From assembly GCA_963757215.1 (NCBI GenBank), contig CAVWQH010000001.1:26977-90976 (forward strand): a stretch of DNA of 64,000 bases, given 5' to 3'. The notes under the pieces are model-generated. The model worked only from the letters and a program-made list of their open reading frames with translations. It made no database searches and was not told the origin of the DNA. The translations under genes and the position numbers were made by a program. Numbering within the stretch: position 1 is the first letter of the stretch; every line of letters starts with the position of its first letter. Source of the stretch: an uncultured Actinomycetota bacterium. Its GTDB lineage: Bacteria; Actinomycetota; Actinomycetes; Mycobacteriales; Mycobacteriaceae. Shown one piece after another: positions 54,146-64,000 of this stretch.

Positions 54146-55252
54146 ATGCCTTCGTTTCGCGAAATTCCGGAAACGCTGCGTCCTCTGGCACGGCCTGAGC
54201 GGGACGAGCCTCCGAGTCCGCAGCCAGTCGACCCGCCCGCCGATGAGGCGGTGGTCGACTGCGGGATCTACGTAGACGGCGAGCGACTGCCCGGGACGTT
54301 CAGCTACGCCGAGGCCCAGGCCAGAGTCACCGAGCTGCAGCTGGGCGGCCAGGAAGCCTTCGCCTGGATCGGCCTGCACGCCCCCACCGAGCACCAGATG
54401 CAGGAAGTCGGCGCCGCGTTCCGCATGCACCCGCTGGCCATCGAGGACGCCGTCTGCGCTCATCAGCGGCCCAAGCTGGAGCGCTACGACGAGTCGCTGT
54501 TCCTGGTGCTCAAGACCCTCAACTACGTGCCGCACGAGTCGACCCTGCTGGCCCCCGAGATCGTCGAGACCGGCGAGATCATGATCTTCGTCAACAGCGA
54601 CTTCGTGGTGACCGTCCGGCATGGCGATCACGGTCGGCTGACCGACGTGCGAAAGCGGATGGACTCCGATCCCGAACACATGCGGCTGGGCCCTTTTGCC
54701 GTGATGCATGCGATCGCGGACGCGGTCGTCGACCACTACCTCGAGGTCACGCAGTCGATGGAGGGCGATATCGACGCCATCGAGGAAGAGGCCTTCGCGC
54801 GCGACCACCGGACCCGGATCGAGCCGATCTACCAGATGAAGCGCGAGGTGGTCGAGCTGCGCCGGTCGGTCAACCCGTTGTCGATGCCGTTCGCCCGGCT
54901 GCAGACCGAACACAAGGACCTGATCTCCAAGGAGGTCCGGCGCTATCTGCGTGACGTCGGCGACCACCACACCCATGCCGCCGACCAGATCGCCAGCTAC
55001 GACGAGAACCTCAGCTCGCTGGTGCAGGCGGCGCTGGCCCGGGTCGAGATGCAGCAGAACACCGACATGCGCAAGATGTCCGCGTGGGCGGCCCTGCTGG
55101 CGATACCGACGATGGTCGCCGGCATCTACGGGATGAACTTCGAGTACATGCCCGGGCTGAAGTGGCATTGGGGCTACCCGACGACGATCTTGGGCACCGC
55201 GGCGATTTGCATGTTCTTGTATCGGAACTTCCGGCGTAACGGCTGGCTGTAG
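54146..55252 (+). CDS. corA: CorA-family magnesium/cobalt transporter
   Basis: C-terminal two-TM region with YGMNFEYMPG (GMN motif). Confidence 0.9.
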   Translation: MPSFREIPETLRPLARPERDEPPSPQPVDPPADEAVVDCGIYVDGERLPGTFSYAEAQARVTELQLGGQEAFAWIGLHAPTEHQMQEVGAAFRMHPLAIEDAVCAHQRPKLERYDESLFLVLKTLNYVPHESTLLAPEIVETGEIMIFVNSDFVVTVRHGDHGRLTDVRKRMDSDPEHMRLGPFAVMHAIADAVVDHYLEVTQSMEGDIDAIEEEAFARDHRTRIEPIYQMKREVVELRRSVNPLSMPFARLQTEHKDLISKEVRRYLRDVGDHHTHAADQIASYDENLSSLVQAALARVEMQQNTDMRKMSAWAALLAIPTMVAGIYGMNFEYMPGLKWHWGYPTTILGTAAICMFLYRNFRRNGWL

Positions 55253-55326
55253 CTCGGTTCGGCCGTGACTCTGCGCTGAGCGCGGCATTTCCTCGCACTT
55301 TGTCGCCGTGAGCGCAGAGTCAACGA

Positions 55327-55914
55327 TCAATGCGGTTGCGCGGCGGGGCGATTGGGGTCCAGGACGTCGACGCCGTCGCTGCGCCAGGCCTCGCGCATCG
55401 CATCGGCGCCCTTCAACCGGACCCAGGCCGCCTCGGTCGCGGTGATCGGCGTCGCCGACAAGAAGCGCACCGGCTCGCGGGGCGGGTCGAGCGGCAGCTC
55501 GGCTATGTCGCTGTCGCCCAACAGCACCGCGGTGAACGGGACTCTGGAGGTCGGATGAGTCCACAGCGGGCCGCCGAGGTCGACCAGCGCATCGGTGGTC
55601 AGGACCACACCCTCGACCGCCGGTGAGGCCGCGACGATCGCCAGGCTGCGGGCCAGCCCGGTGATGGCCTTCGTATCACGAAGGCGCAGAACAACTTCGG
55701 CACGTGGACCGAGTTCGGGTTCGGCGACCATCGCGGTCGGGTCGACCATTGGACGACGCGAACAGCCCAGCGAGACGTAACTGACGGCGGCGTCGGTGCG
55801 ATAGCGCAGCACGTCGACCGGTTCGGCCCCCAGGAAGGTAACGCCGGCGACGTCGGGATCTGCGCCGAAGTGTCTGTCCAGGTGTGCGCGGACCCGGTCC
55901 AACGACTGGCTCAC
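55327..55914 (-). CDS. hypothetical protein, possibly suppressor-of-fused (SUFU)-like domain
   Basis: 195-aa ORF whose start overlaps the sugC stop (ATGA-type coupling). The C-terminal [18 protein letters not shown] block resembles bacterial SUFU-like proteins. Confidence 0.45.
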   Translation of the reverse strand: MSQSLDRVRAHLDRHFGADPDVAGVTFLGAEPVDVLRYRTDAAVSYVSLGCSRRPMVDPTAMVAEPELGPRAEVVLRLRDTKAITGLARSLAIVAASPAVEGVVLTTDALVDLGGPLWTHPTSRVPFTAVLLGDSDIAELPLDPPREPVRFLSATPITATEAAWVRLKGADAMREAWRSDGVDVLDPNRPAAQPH

Positions 55915-57089
55915 GTGCCCGGCGGCGGGGTGACGGTGAGGTTCATCCCGGTCTCGGGGTCGAACACCGCGAGTTCCGCGACGTCGAAAGCCAATTCGAG
56001 CGTCGCGCCCTTTGCGGCCTTCGATGCTGCCGGGACCCTCGCGACGAATTCGTGCTCGCCCGAGTCGGATTCGTCGTCGAGGTCGGCCAGCTGGTCGGAA
56101 TGCACCGCCGAGCCCTCGGTGGTGAAGTAGACGTACTTGTCGGCGCCCAGCGACTCGACCATGTCGACCTTCACCTCGAAGTTCAGCGCGCTGATCCGCT
56201 GATAGGCGTCGATCAGCGCCGCGTCCTTCAGGTGCTCGGGGCGGACGCCGACGATGACGTTCTCCGGCGCGGGCTGCGCCGCCAGCGTGTCGAGCACGGG
56301 CTGGGCGAGAGTGACCTCGCCGAACGGCAGGCGCAGTCCGGTGGCGGTCATCGTCGCGGGAAAGAAATTCATCGCCGGCGATCCGATGAAGCCCGCCACG
56401 AACAGGTTCGCCGGCCGCTCGTAAAGCTCGTCGGGCCTCCCGATCTGTTGCACCACGCCGCCGCGCATCACCACCACGCGATCACCCAGCGTCATCGCCT
56501 CGGTCTGGTCGTGGGTGACGTAGACGGTGGTGGTGCCCAGCCGTCGTTGTAGCCGGGCGATCTCTCCCCGCATCTGCACCCGCAGCTTGGCATCGAGGTT
56601 GGACAGCGGCTCGTCCATCAGAAATGCCTTGGGGTGCCGCACAATCGCGCGGCCCATCGCCACCCGCTGGCGTTGCCCGCCGGACAGTTGCGCGGGCTTT
56701 CGGTCGAGCACCTCGGTCAGGTCCAGGATCTTCGCGGTCTCCTCGACCTTCTTGGTGATCTCCGCTTTCTTCATCTTCGCCAGCGTCAGCGGGAAAGCGA
56801 TGTTCTGGCGCACCGTCATGTGCGGGTAGAGCGCGTAGGACTGGAACACCATCGCGATGTCGCGGTCTTTCGGGGCTTTCTCGTTGACCCGCTCGCCGCC
56901 GATACGCAGCTCCCCTGACGAGATATCCTCAAGTCCGGCAATCATATTCAGCGTCGTAGATTTGCCGCAGCCGGACGGGCCGACCAGGATGATGAACTCG
57001 CCCTCGGCGATGGTGAGGCTGAACTCCTGGACGGCCTGCGCACCGTCGGGGTAACTCTTCGTCACCCGGTCCAACACGATCTCGGCCAT
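55911..57089 (-). CDS. sugC: trehalose-recycling ABC transporter ATPase
   Basis: Walker [10 protein letters not shown], signature LSGGQRQR, and a MalK-like C-terminal domain. It is in an operon with sugB, sugA and lpqY. Confidence 0.85.
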   Translation of the reverse strand: MAEIVLDRVTKSYPDGAQAVQEFSLTIAEGEFIILVGPSGCGKSTTLNMIAGLEDISSGELRIGGERVNEKAPKDRDIAMVFQSYALYPHMTVRQNIAFPLTLAKMKKAEITKKVEETAKILDLTEVLDRKPAQLSGGQRQRVAMGRAIVRHPKAFLMDEPLSNLDAKLRVQMRGEIARLQRRLGTTTVYVTHDQTEAMTLGDRVVVMRGGVVQQIGRPDELYERPANLFVAGFIGSPAMNFFPATMTATGLRLPFGEVTLAQPVLDTLAAQPAPENVIVGVRPEHLKDAALIDAYQRISALNFEVKVDMVESLGADKYVYFTTEGSAVHSDQLADLDDESDSGEHEFVARVPAASKAAKGATLELAFDVAELAVFDPETGMNLTVTPPPGT

Positions 57090-57093
57090 CGAG

Positions 57094-57907
57094 CTATCCC
57101 TTCACCGCACCTGAGGTCAACCCCGCGACAATCCGCCGTTGGAAGACTAGAACAAACACGATAATCGGCACCGTGATCACCATGGCGCCTGCGGCGATCG
57201 ACCCGGTGGGCTCTTCGTATTCCGAACTGCCGGTGAAGTTGGCGATCGCCACCGGCGCGGTGATCGACGCCTTCGTGGCGGTCAGCGACAACGCCAGCAA
57301 CAGGTCGTTCCACGCGAAGATGAACACCAGGATCGCGGTGGTCACGATACCCGGCGCCGCCAGCGGGACGATCACCTTGCGGAAGGCCTGGGCCGGCGTG
57401 GCGCCGTCCATCGTGGCCGCCTTCTCCAGGTCCCGGGGGATCTCGCGGAAGAACGCCGACAGCGTGTAGATCGACAGCGGCAAGGCGAACGTGATGTAGG
57501 GGATGATCAGGCCGGGCCAGGTGTCGAACAGCCCGATCCGGCGCTCGATATTGAACAACGGGGTCACCAGCGAGATGGCCGGGAACATCGAAATCAGCAG
57601 CACCGCACCGATCAACAGCCGCCTGCCGGGAAACTCCAGCCGTGCCACCGCGTACCCCGCCATGGCGCCGATCACCACCGCGATCACGGTGGTGATAACA
57701 CCGACGCCGACCGAATTGATCAGCGCCGAGCTGAAGTAGTTGCCGCGGAAGATTCCGCGGTAGTTGTCCAGAGTCAGCGACGACGGAATCAGCTTGCCGT
57801 CCTTGACCGTTGACGTCGGTTTGAGCGAGAGACTGAGAATCCACAGCACCGGGGTCAGCGCGTAGATCAGGACCAGGGCGTCGACAACAACCCATCCGGC
57901 CGCCCGC

Positions 57908-57924
<17 letters not shown>
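57094..57924 (-). CDS. sugB: sugar ABC transporter permease
   Basis: MalG-type permease with an EAA-loop region ([15 protein letters not shown]). Confidence 0.8.
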
Positions 57925-60168
<2,244 letters not shown>

Positions 60169-60708
60169 TCAGATGGCCAAGCGGGCCAGCAGATCCCGGG
60201 CCTGCTCGGCGTTCTGCGGGTCGCAGAGAACGTCGTATCGGCCGGCCACCAACTGCAGCGTCGAACTGAAGTCCCGGGTACCGCGCGCCATCGAATAGGG
60301 AATCGCGGAGGTGATCAGCCCGAAGAACACACCGGCCACCAGGCCCGTGGTCAACGCCTCCATCGGATGCGGGCTGGAGAACAGCAAGGTGAGCACCAGG
60401 CCGATGAACAGACCCAGCCAGGCCCCGCTGATCACGCCGCCGCCCAACACTTTTGGCCACGTCAGCCGCCCTGTCACCCGTTCCACCTGCATCAGGTCGA
60501 CGCCCACGATGGTGACCTGCTGCACCGGGAACTGCTGATCGGAGAGGTAGTCGACGGCTCGCTGGGCTTCGGCGTACGTGGGGTACGACGCGACCGGCCA
60601 GCCTTTCGGCGGTGTCGGCAGTCCGGGAGCACGCCGGCTCCCGGACGGGGTGCCGGGCCTGGCACCGGGAACCTGTCCTGGCTGAAAGGGGCTGCTCATG
60701 GGTTTCAT
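60169..60708 (-). CDS. membrane protein with Pro-rich N-terminus (general-stress-protein-17M-like)
   Basis: YPTYAEAQRAVDYLSDQQFPV followed by two TM helices. Start is ATG 60708 or 60699. Confidence 0.6.
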   Translation of the reverse strand: MKPMSSPFQPGQVPGARPGTPSGSRRAPGLPTPPKGWPVASYPTYAEAQRAVDYLSDQQFPVQQVTIVGVDLMQVERVTGRLTWPKVLGGGVISGAWLGLFIGLVLTLLFSSPHPMEALTTGLVAGVFFGLITSAIPYSMARGTRDFSSTLQLVAGRYDVLCDPQNAEQARDLLARLAI

Positions 60709-60746
60709 TGTGCTCCGCCGGCCCCGGCTGAGTCTTCCGCGGTCGA

Positions 60747-60797
60747 CGAATGTGCGGCCAGCTGCACACCCGCGGGCGAATGTGCGGCCAGCCGCAC
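60747..60797. promoter_or_regulatory. direct repeat cgaatgtgcggccagc[t/c]gcac x2 (30-bp period) in a divergent promoter region
   Basis: Copies at 60747-60767 and 60777-60797, lying between the divergent starts 60708 (-) and 60888 (+). Confidence 0.4.
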
Positions 60798-60887
60798 GGC
60801 CGCGAGATTCTTGGCCGCCACCTCCGATCGAAGACCGCACGCTGCGCAAACGCCTGCCCGACCCGTCGCCAAGCTAGGTTTAACGGC

Positions 60888-61418
60888 ATGACAGCTCCGG
60901 GCGGTGGTGAGCCCCACCGCGATCGGCCGGGTACTTGGCAGCCCTACCAGCATCCGCCGGTAGATCCGCAGGCACCGGTGAACTACCCGGACTACCCCCC
61001 GGCCCCGCCGTATCCGGGCCAGCGGCCGCCGCCGTACGGGGGCTATCCGCCGCCTCCCCCGCCGTTCGGCGGCCCGATCGGCTACCCGAGTCCGCCGCTC
61101 TACCCGGCTCCCTACGATCCGTATCTGGGCTATCAGCCGCAGCAGACCAACAACCTGGCCGTCGCGTCGCTGGTCACCTCGATTGCCGGCGTCATCTTCG
61201 GCATTCCGCTGGCCATCTTCTGCTACGTGGGCTGGTTGATTCCCGTCATCGGCGCGGTGCTGGGCGGCATCGCGCTCAGTCAGATCAAGCAGAGCGGCCA
61301 GCAGGGCCGCGGGATGGCGATCGCCGGGGTCGCGATCGGCGCCGCCACCGCGGCGTTGCTCGTGCTGGTGATGGTGATATTCGTCGCCGCGGCCCATTCG
61401 CCGATGTCCATCACCTAA
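60888..61418 (+). CDS. Pro/Tyr-rich DUF4190-type membrane protein
   Basis: N-terminal PPxY/PPYGGYPPPPPP low-complexity region followed by two TM helices (AVASLVTSIAGVIFGIP ... AIAGVAIGAATAALLVLV). ATG 60888 is preferred. Confidence 0.7.
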   Translation: MTAPGGGEPHRDRPGTWQPYQHPPVDPQAPVNYPDYPPAPPYPGQRPPPYGGYPPPPPPFGGPIGYPSPPLYPAPYDPYLGYQPQQTNNLAVASLVTSIAGVIFGIPLAIFCYVGWLIPVIGAVLGGIALSQIKQSGQQGRGMAIAGVAIGAATAALLVLVMVIFVAAAHSPMSIT

Positions 61419-62386
61419 CCGGTCGGCGGCTCGAACTTCTCGCCCTGGCGCTCCATGCCCGCCGCACGCCCTTTCGCGGCGACCACCAGAGCCATCTTGC
61501 GGCTGGCTTCGTCGAGCATCTCGTCGCCGAGCATCACCGCGCCCCGGGCACCGCCGGCCGCCGAGGTGTGCCACTCGTAGGCCTCCAGGATCAATTCGGC
61601 GTGATCGTAATCGGCTTGGCGGGGGCTGAAGATCTCGTTGCCGGCCGCGATCTGGTCGGGATGCAGCACCCACTTGCCGTCATAGCCCAACGCGGCCGAG
61701 CGGCCGGCCACCCGCCGGAACGCTTCGGTGTCACGCACTTTCAGGTACGGACCGTCGATGGCCGCCTTCCCGTGGGCGCGAGCGGCCACCAGGATCGTCA
61801 TCAGCACGTGGTGGTACGCGTCGCCCTCGGTGTAGCCCTCGGGTTGCTCACCGACGACCAGGGTGCGGGTGTTCAGGTTGGCCATCAGGTCCGCCGGGCC
61901 GAGCACCAGCGCCTGCACCCGCGGCACCGCGGCGATCGCGTTGATGTTGGTCAACCCGCGGGCGTCCTCGATCTGCGCGTCGATGCCAATCTCGCCGACG
62001 GGTAGCCCGTGCGTGGTCTCCAACTGGGTCAGCAGTAGGTCGAGTGCCTGAACATGCGAGGAGTCAGACACTTTCGGCAAGACCACCACGTCGAGCTTGG
62101 CGTCGGGTGCCGCGCCGACGGCGGAGACCACCTCGATGAGATCGGCGTGCGTCCACGGTGTGGTCCAGTCGTTGACCCGCACCCCGCGCAACTGCCCGGC
62201 CCAGCCGGGCGCGGCCAGCGCGGCGGCCACCCGGCCGCGGGCGTCGGCCTTGGCATCGGACGCGACGGCGTCCTCGAGGTCGAGGAAGACCTCGTCGGCC
62301 GGAAGGCCTTTGGACTTGTCGATCATCTTCTGGCTACTGCCCGGCACCGACAGGCACGTGCGACGGGGCCGGTAGGAGTTGTTCAC
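61415..62386 (-). CDS. HpcH/HpaI aldolase / citrate lyase beta-subunit (CitE)-like lyase
   Basis: SVPGSSQKMIDKS...DEVFLDLEDAV N-terminal CitE pattern; 323 aa. Confidence 0.75.
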   Translation of the reverse strand: MNNSYRPRRTCLSVPGSSQKMIDKSKGLPADEVFLDLEDAVASDAKADARGRVAAALAAPGWAGQLRGVRVNDWTTPWTHADLIEVVSAVGAAPDAKLDVVVLPKVSDSSHVQALDLLLTQLETTHGLPVGEIGIDAQIEDARGLTNINAIAAVPRVQALVLGPADLMANLNTRTLVVGEQPEGYTEGDAYHHVLMTILVAARAHGKAAIDGPYLKVRDTEAFRRVAGRSAALGYDGKWVLHPDQIAAGNEIFSPRQADYDHAELILEAYEWHTSAAGGARGAVMLGDEMLDEASRKMALVVAAKGRAAGMERQGEKFEPPTG

Positions 62387-62409
62387 ACCTCACTCCTACC
62401 CTTTGAACC

Positions 62410-63705
62410 ATGGCCACGATCAACAGGGTGTACGCCGCGCGGCTGGCGCGAATGCAGGTCCTGGGCCCGATGGGCGAGGCCCTCGGCCGAGTCCGCGACG
62501 TCGTGGTCAGCATCAGCATCGTTCGCCAGCAGCCGCGGGTGCTCGGGCTCGTCGTCGAAATGGCTTCGCGCCGAAGGATATTCGTTCCGATCCTGCGAGT
62601 GTCGGCGATCGAGCCCAACGCGGTGACGCTCACCACCAACAACGTTTCGATGCTCCGCTTCGAGCAGCGGCCCGGCGAAGTTCTCGTCCTGGGCCAGATC
62701 GTCGACACCAAGGTGCGGGTCAACGACCCCGAACTGCCCGAACTCGTCGACACCGACGTCGTCGTCACCGACCTGGGTCTGGAACAGACCCGAACCCGCG
62801 ACTGGATGGTCACCCGGGTTTCGGTGCGGGTGCCACGGCGCCTGGGCCGGCGCAGCACCACCCACATCGTCGGCTGGCGCAACGTGCAAGGGCTGACGCC
62901 ATCGGCGCTGGCAATGCCCGGCCAGGCCGTCGCGCAGCTGTTGCACCAATTCGAGAAATGGCGACCGATCGAGGTGGCCGACGCGGTGCGCGAGCTGCCG
63001 GCGAAGCGGCGCCACGAGGTGGTCTCGGCGCTCGACAACGACCGGCTGGCCGACATCCTGCAAGAGCTGCCGGAAGAGGAACAGGCCGAGCTGCTGATGC
63101 GGCTGGGCGACGAGCGCGCGGCCGACGTTCTCGAGGAGATGGATCCCGACGATGCCGCCGATCTGCTCGGCACCATGGCTCCGACGTTGGCCGAGCGGCT
63201 GCTGCGGCAGATGGATCCCGAGGACTCCGACCCGGTGCGACGGCTGTTGAAGCACTCCCCCGACACCGCGGGCGGACTGATGACCTCCGAGCCGGTGGTG
63301 TTGACGCCGGACACGTCGGTCGCCGAGGCGCTGGCCCGGGTCCGCGATCCCGATCTGACGCCGGCGTTGTCGTCGCTGGTGCTGGTGGTCCGCCCGCCGA
63401 CGGCCACCCCGACCGGACAGTACCTGGGCTGCGTGGCCCTGCAGCGGCTGCTGCGCGAACCCCCGTCGATGCTGGTCGGCGGGATTGTCGACGCCGACCT
63501 GCCCTGGCTCGAGCCCGATACGTCGCTGGCCGTGCTGACCCGCTACTTCGCCGCCTACAACCTGGTCTGCGGTCCCGTGGTGGACGCGCAGCACCATCTG
63601 CTGGGCGCGGTGACCGTGGACGACGTGCTCGACCATCTGCTGCCCCACAACTGGCGCGACAGCACCGAGGAACCGGTGCTGGACACCGCGGGAGGCCAGT
63701 CATGA
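62410..63705 (+). CDS. soluble MgtE-N-domain plus CBS-pair protein (no membrane domain)
   Basis: ADILQELPEEEQAELLMRLGDERAADVLEEMDPDDAADLL and TAGGLMTSEPVVL, followed by CBS repeats. It ends without TM helices. Confidence 0.8.
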   Translation: MATINRVYAARLARMQVLGPMGEALGRVRDVVVSISIVRQQPRVLGLVVEMASRRRIFVPILRVSAIEPNAVTLTTNNVSMLRFEQRPGEVLVLGQIVDTKVRVNDPELPELVDTDVVVTDLGLEQTRTRDWMVTRVSVRVPRRLGRRSTTHIVGWRNVQGLTPSALAMPGQAVAQLLHQFEKWRPIEVADAVRELPAKRRHEVVSALDNDRLADILQELPEEEQAELLMRLGDERAADVLEEMDPDDAADLLGTMAPTLAERLLRQMDPEDSDPVRRLLKHSPDTAGGLMTSEPVVLTPDTSVAEALARVRDPDLTPALSSLVLVVRPPTATPTGQYLGCVALQRLLREPPSMLVGGIVDADLPWLEPDTSLAVLTRYFAAYNLVCGPVVDAQHHLLGAVTVDDVLDHLLPHNWRDSTEEPVLDTAGGQS

Positions 63706-64000
63706 GCAAATCCGCACCGCCGCGGTCGCGGCTATACACGCCACGCATTTCGCGGCTGTCGGCGCCGCGGCTGGACGCTGAGGCCGTCGGCAACTTCACC
63801 GAGTCGATCGCCCGTTTCTTCGGCACCGGAAGCTACCTGCTGATCCAGACGATCGTGGTGGTGGTATGGATCATCCTGAACGTCGCCGCGGTCAGCCTGC
63901 GCTGGGATCCGTACCCGTTCATCCTGCTCAACCTGGCGTTTTCCACCCAGGCCGCCTACGCTGCGCCGCTGATCCTGCTGGCCCAGAACCGCCAGGAGAA
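63702..64000 (+). CDS. DUF1003 membrane protein (3' end cut by window edge)
   Basis: Own translation from ATG 63702 (ATGA overlap with the upstream stop): MSKSAPPRSR...WDPYPFILLNLAFSTQAAYAAPLILLAQNRQE. It is not in the ORF track because there is no stop in the window. Confidence 0.75.
   Translation, partial: MSKSAPPRSRLYTPRISRLSAPRLDAEAVGNFTESIARFFGTGSYLLIQTIVVVVWIILNVAAVSLRWDPYPFILLNLAFSTQAAYAAPLILLAQNRQE

Noticed and set aside
54113-55564. 483-aa minus-strand ORF opposite corA
   Set aside because: The plus-strand frame has the diagnostic GMN motif and CorA topology. The antisense translation is Arg/Gly/Pro-rich noise.
60747-60797. Possibility that the 21-nt direct repeats are a CRISPR array or mobile-element terminus
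   Set aside because: There are only two copies with a 9-nt spacer between them, no cas genes and no transposase, and they lie in a divergent promoter. An operator interpretation is more economical.
60705-63826. Several long minus-strand ORFs (60705-61673, 62334-63407, 62383-63648, 62810-63826) over the DUF4190, CitE-like and MgtE-like genes
   Set aside because: They are shadow ORFs in GC-rich DNA. Their translations are dominated by Arg/Pro/Gly/Ser runs, while the chosen frames carry family motifs.

Overview
This is high-GC DNA that reads as a chromosomal segment of a slow-growing Mycobacterium. Supporting marks are a PE/PPE pair, an ESX-5-type esx pair, sugABC-lpqY, corA and mdh. I recognise four blocks.

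(1) 1-5.1 kb holds accessory redox and hydrolase genes: a P450 cut by the window edge, an alpha/beta hydrolase, two SDRs and a secreted PE-PPE-domain serine hydrolase.

(2) 5.2-14.4 kb holds five tandem same-strand paralogs of an acidic, Lys/Arg-poor, Cys-motif-bearing exported protein family of 507-582 aa. I cannot assign this family to any named family. Each copy is separated from the next by AT-rich spacers.

(3) 14.6-47.3 kb is a lipid-biosynthesis island. It starts with a small redox operon and a methyltransferase. A minus-strand assembly line follows: TesA-like thioesterase, fatty acyl-AMP ligase, five modular type I PKS genes of about 25 kb, and a PapA5-like acyltransferase. The gene grammar resembles tesA-fadD26-ppsA-E-papA5 of M. 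tuberculosis, but there is no ER module, there is one extra DH-KR module, the gene order is not colinear, and there is visible module mosaicism.

(4) 47.5-64 kb holds a PE/PPE/esx/esx quartet followed by housekeeping genes: an SDR, an OpuAC-like lipoprotein, malic enzyme, mdh, corA, sugC-sugB-sugA-lpqY, membrane proteins, a CitE-like lyase, and an MgtE-N/CBS protein coupled to a DUF1003 protein.

I saw no rRNA, tRNA, CRISPR array or transposase. The two most interesting items are the five-copy uncharacterised exported protein family and the orphan Pps-like PKS locus. All homology statements come from motif reading and memory of family sequences, not from database searches.
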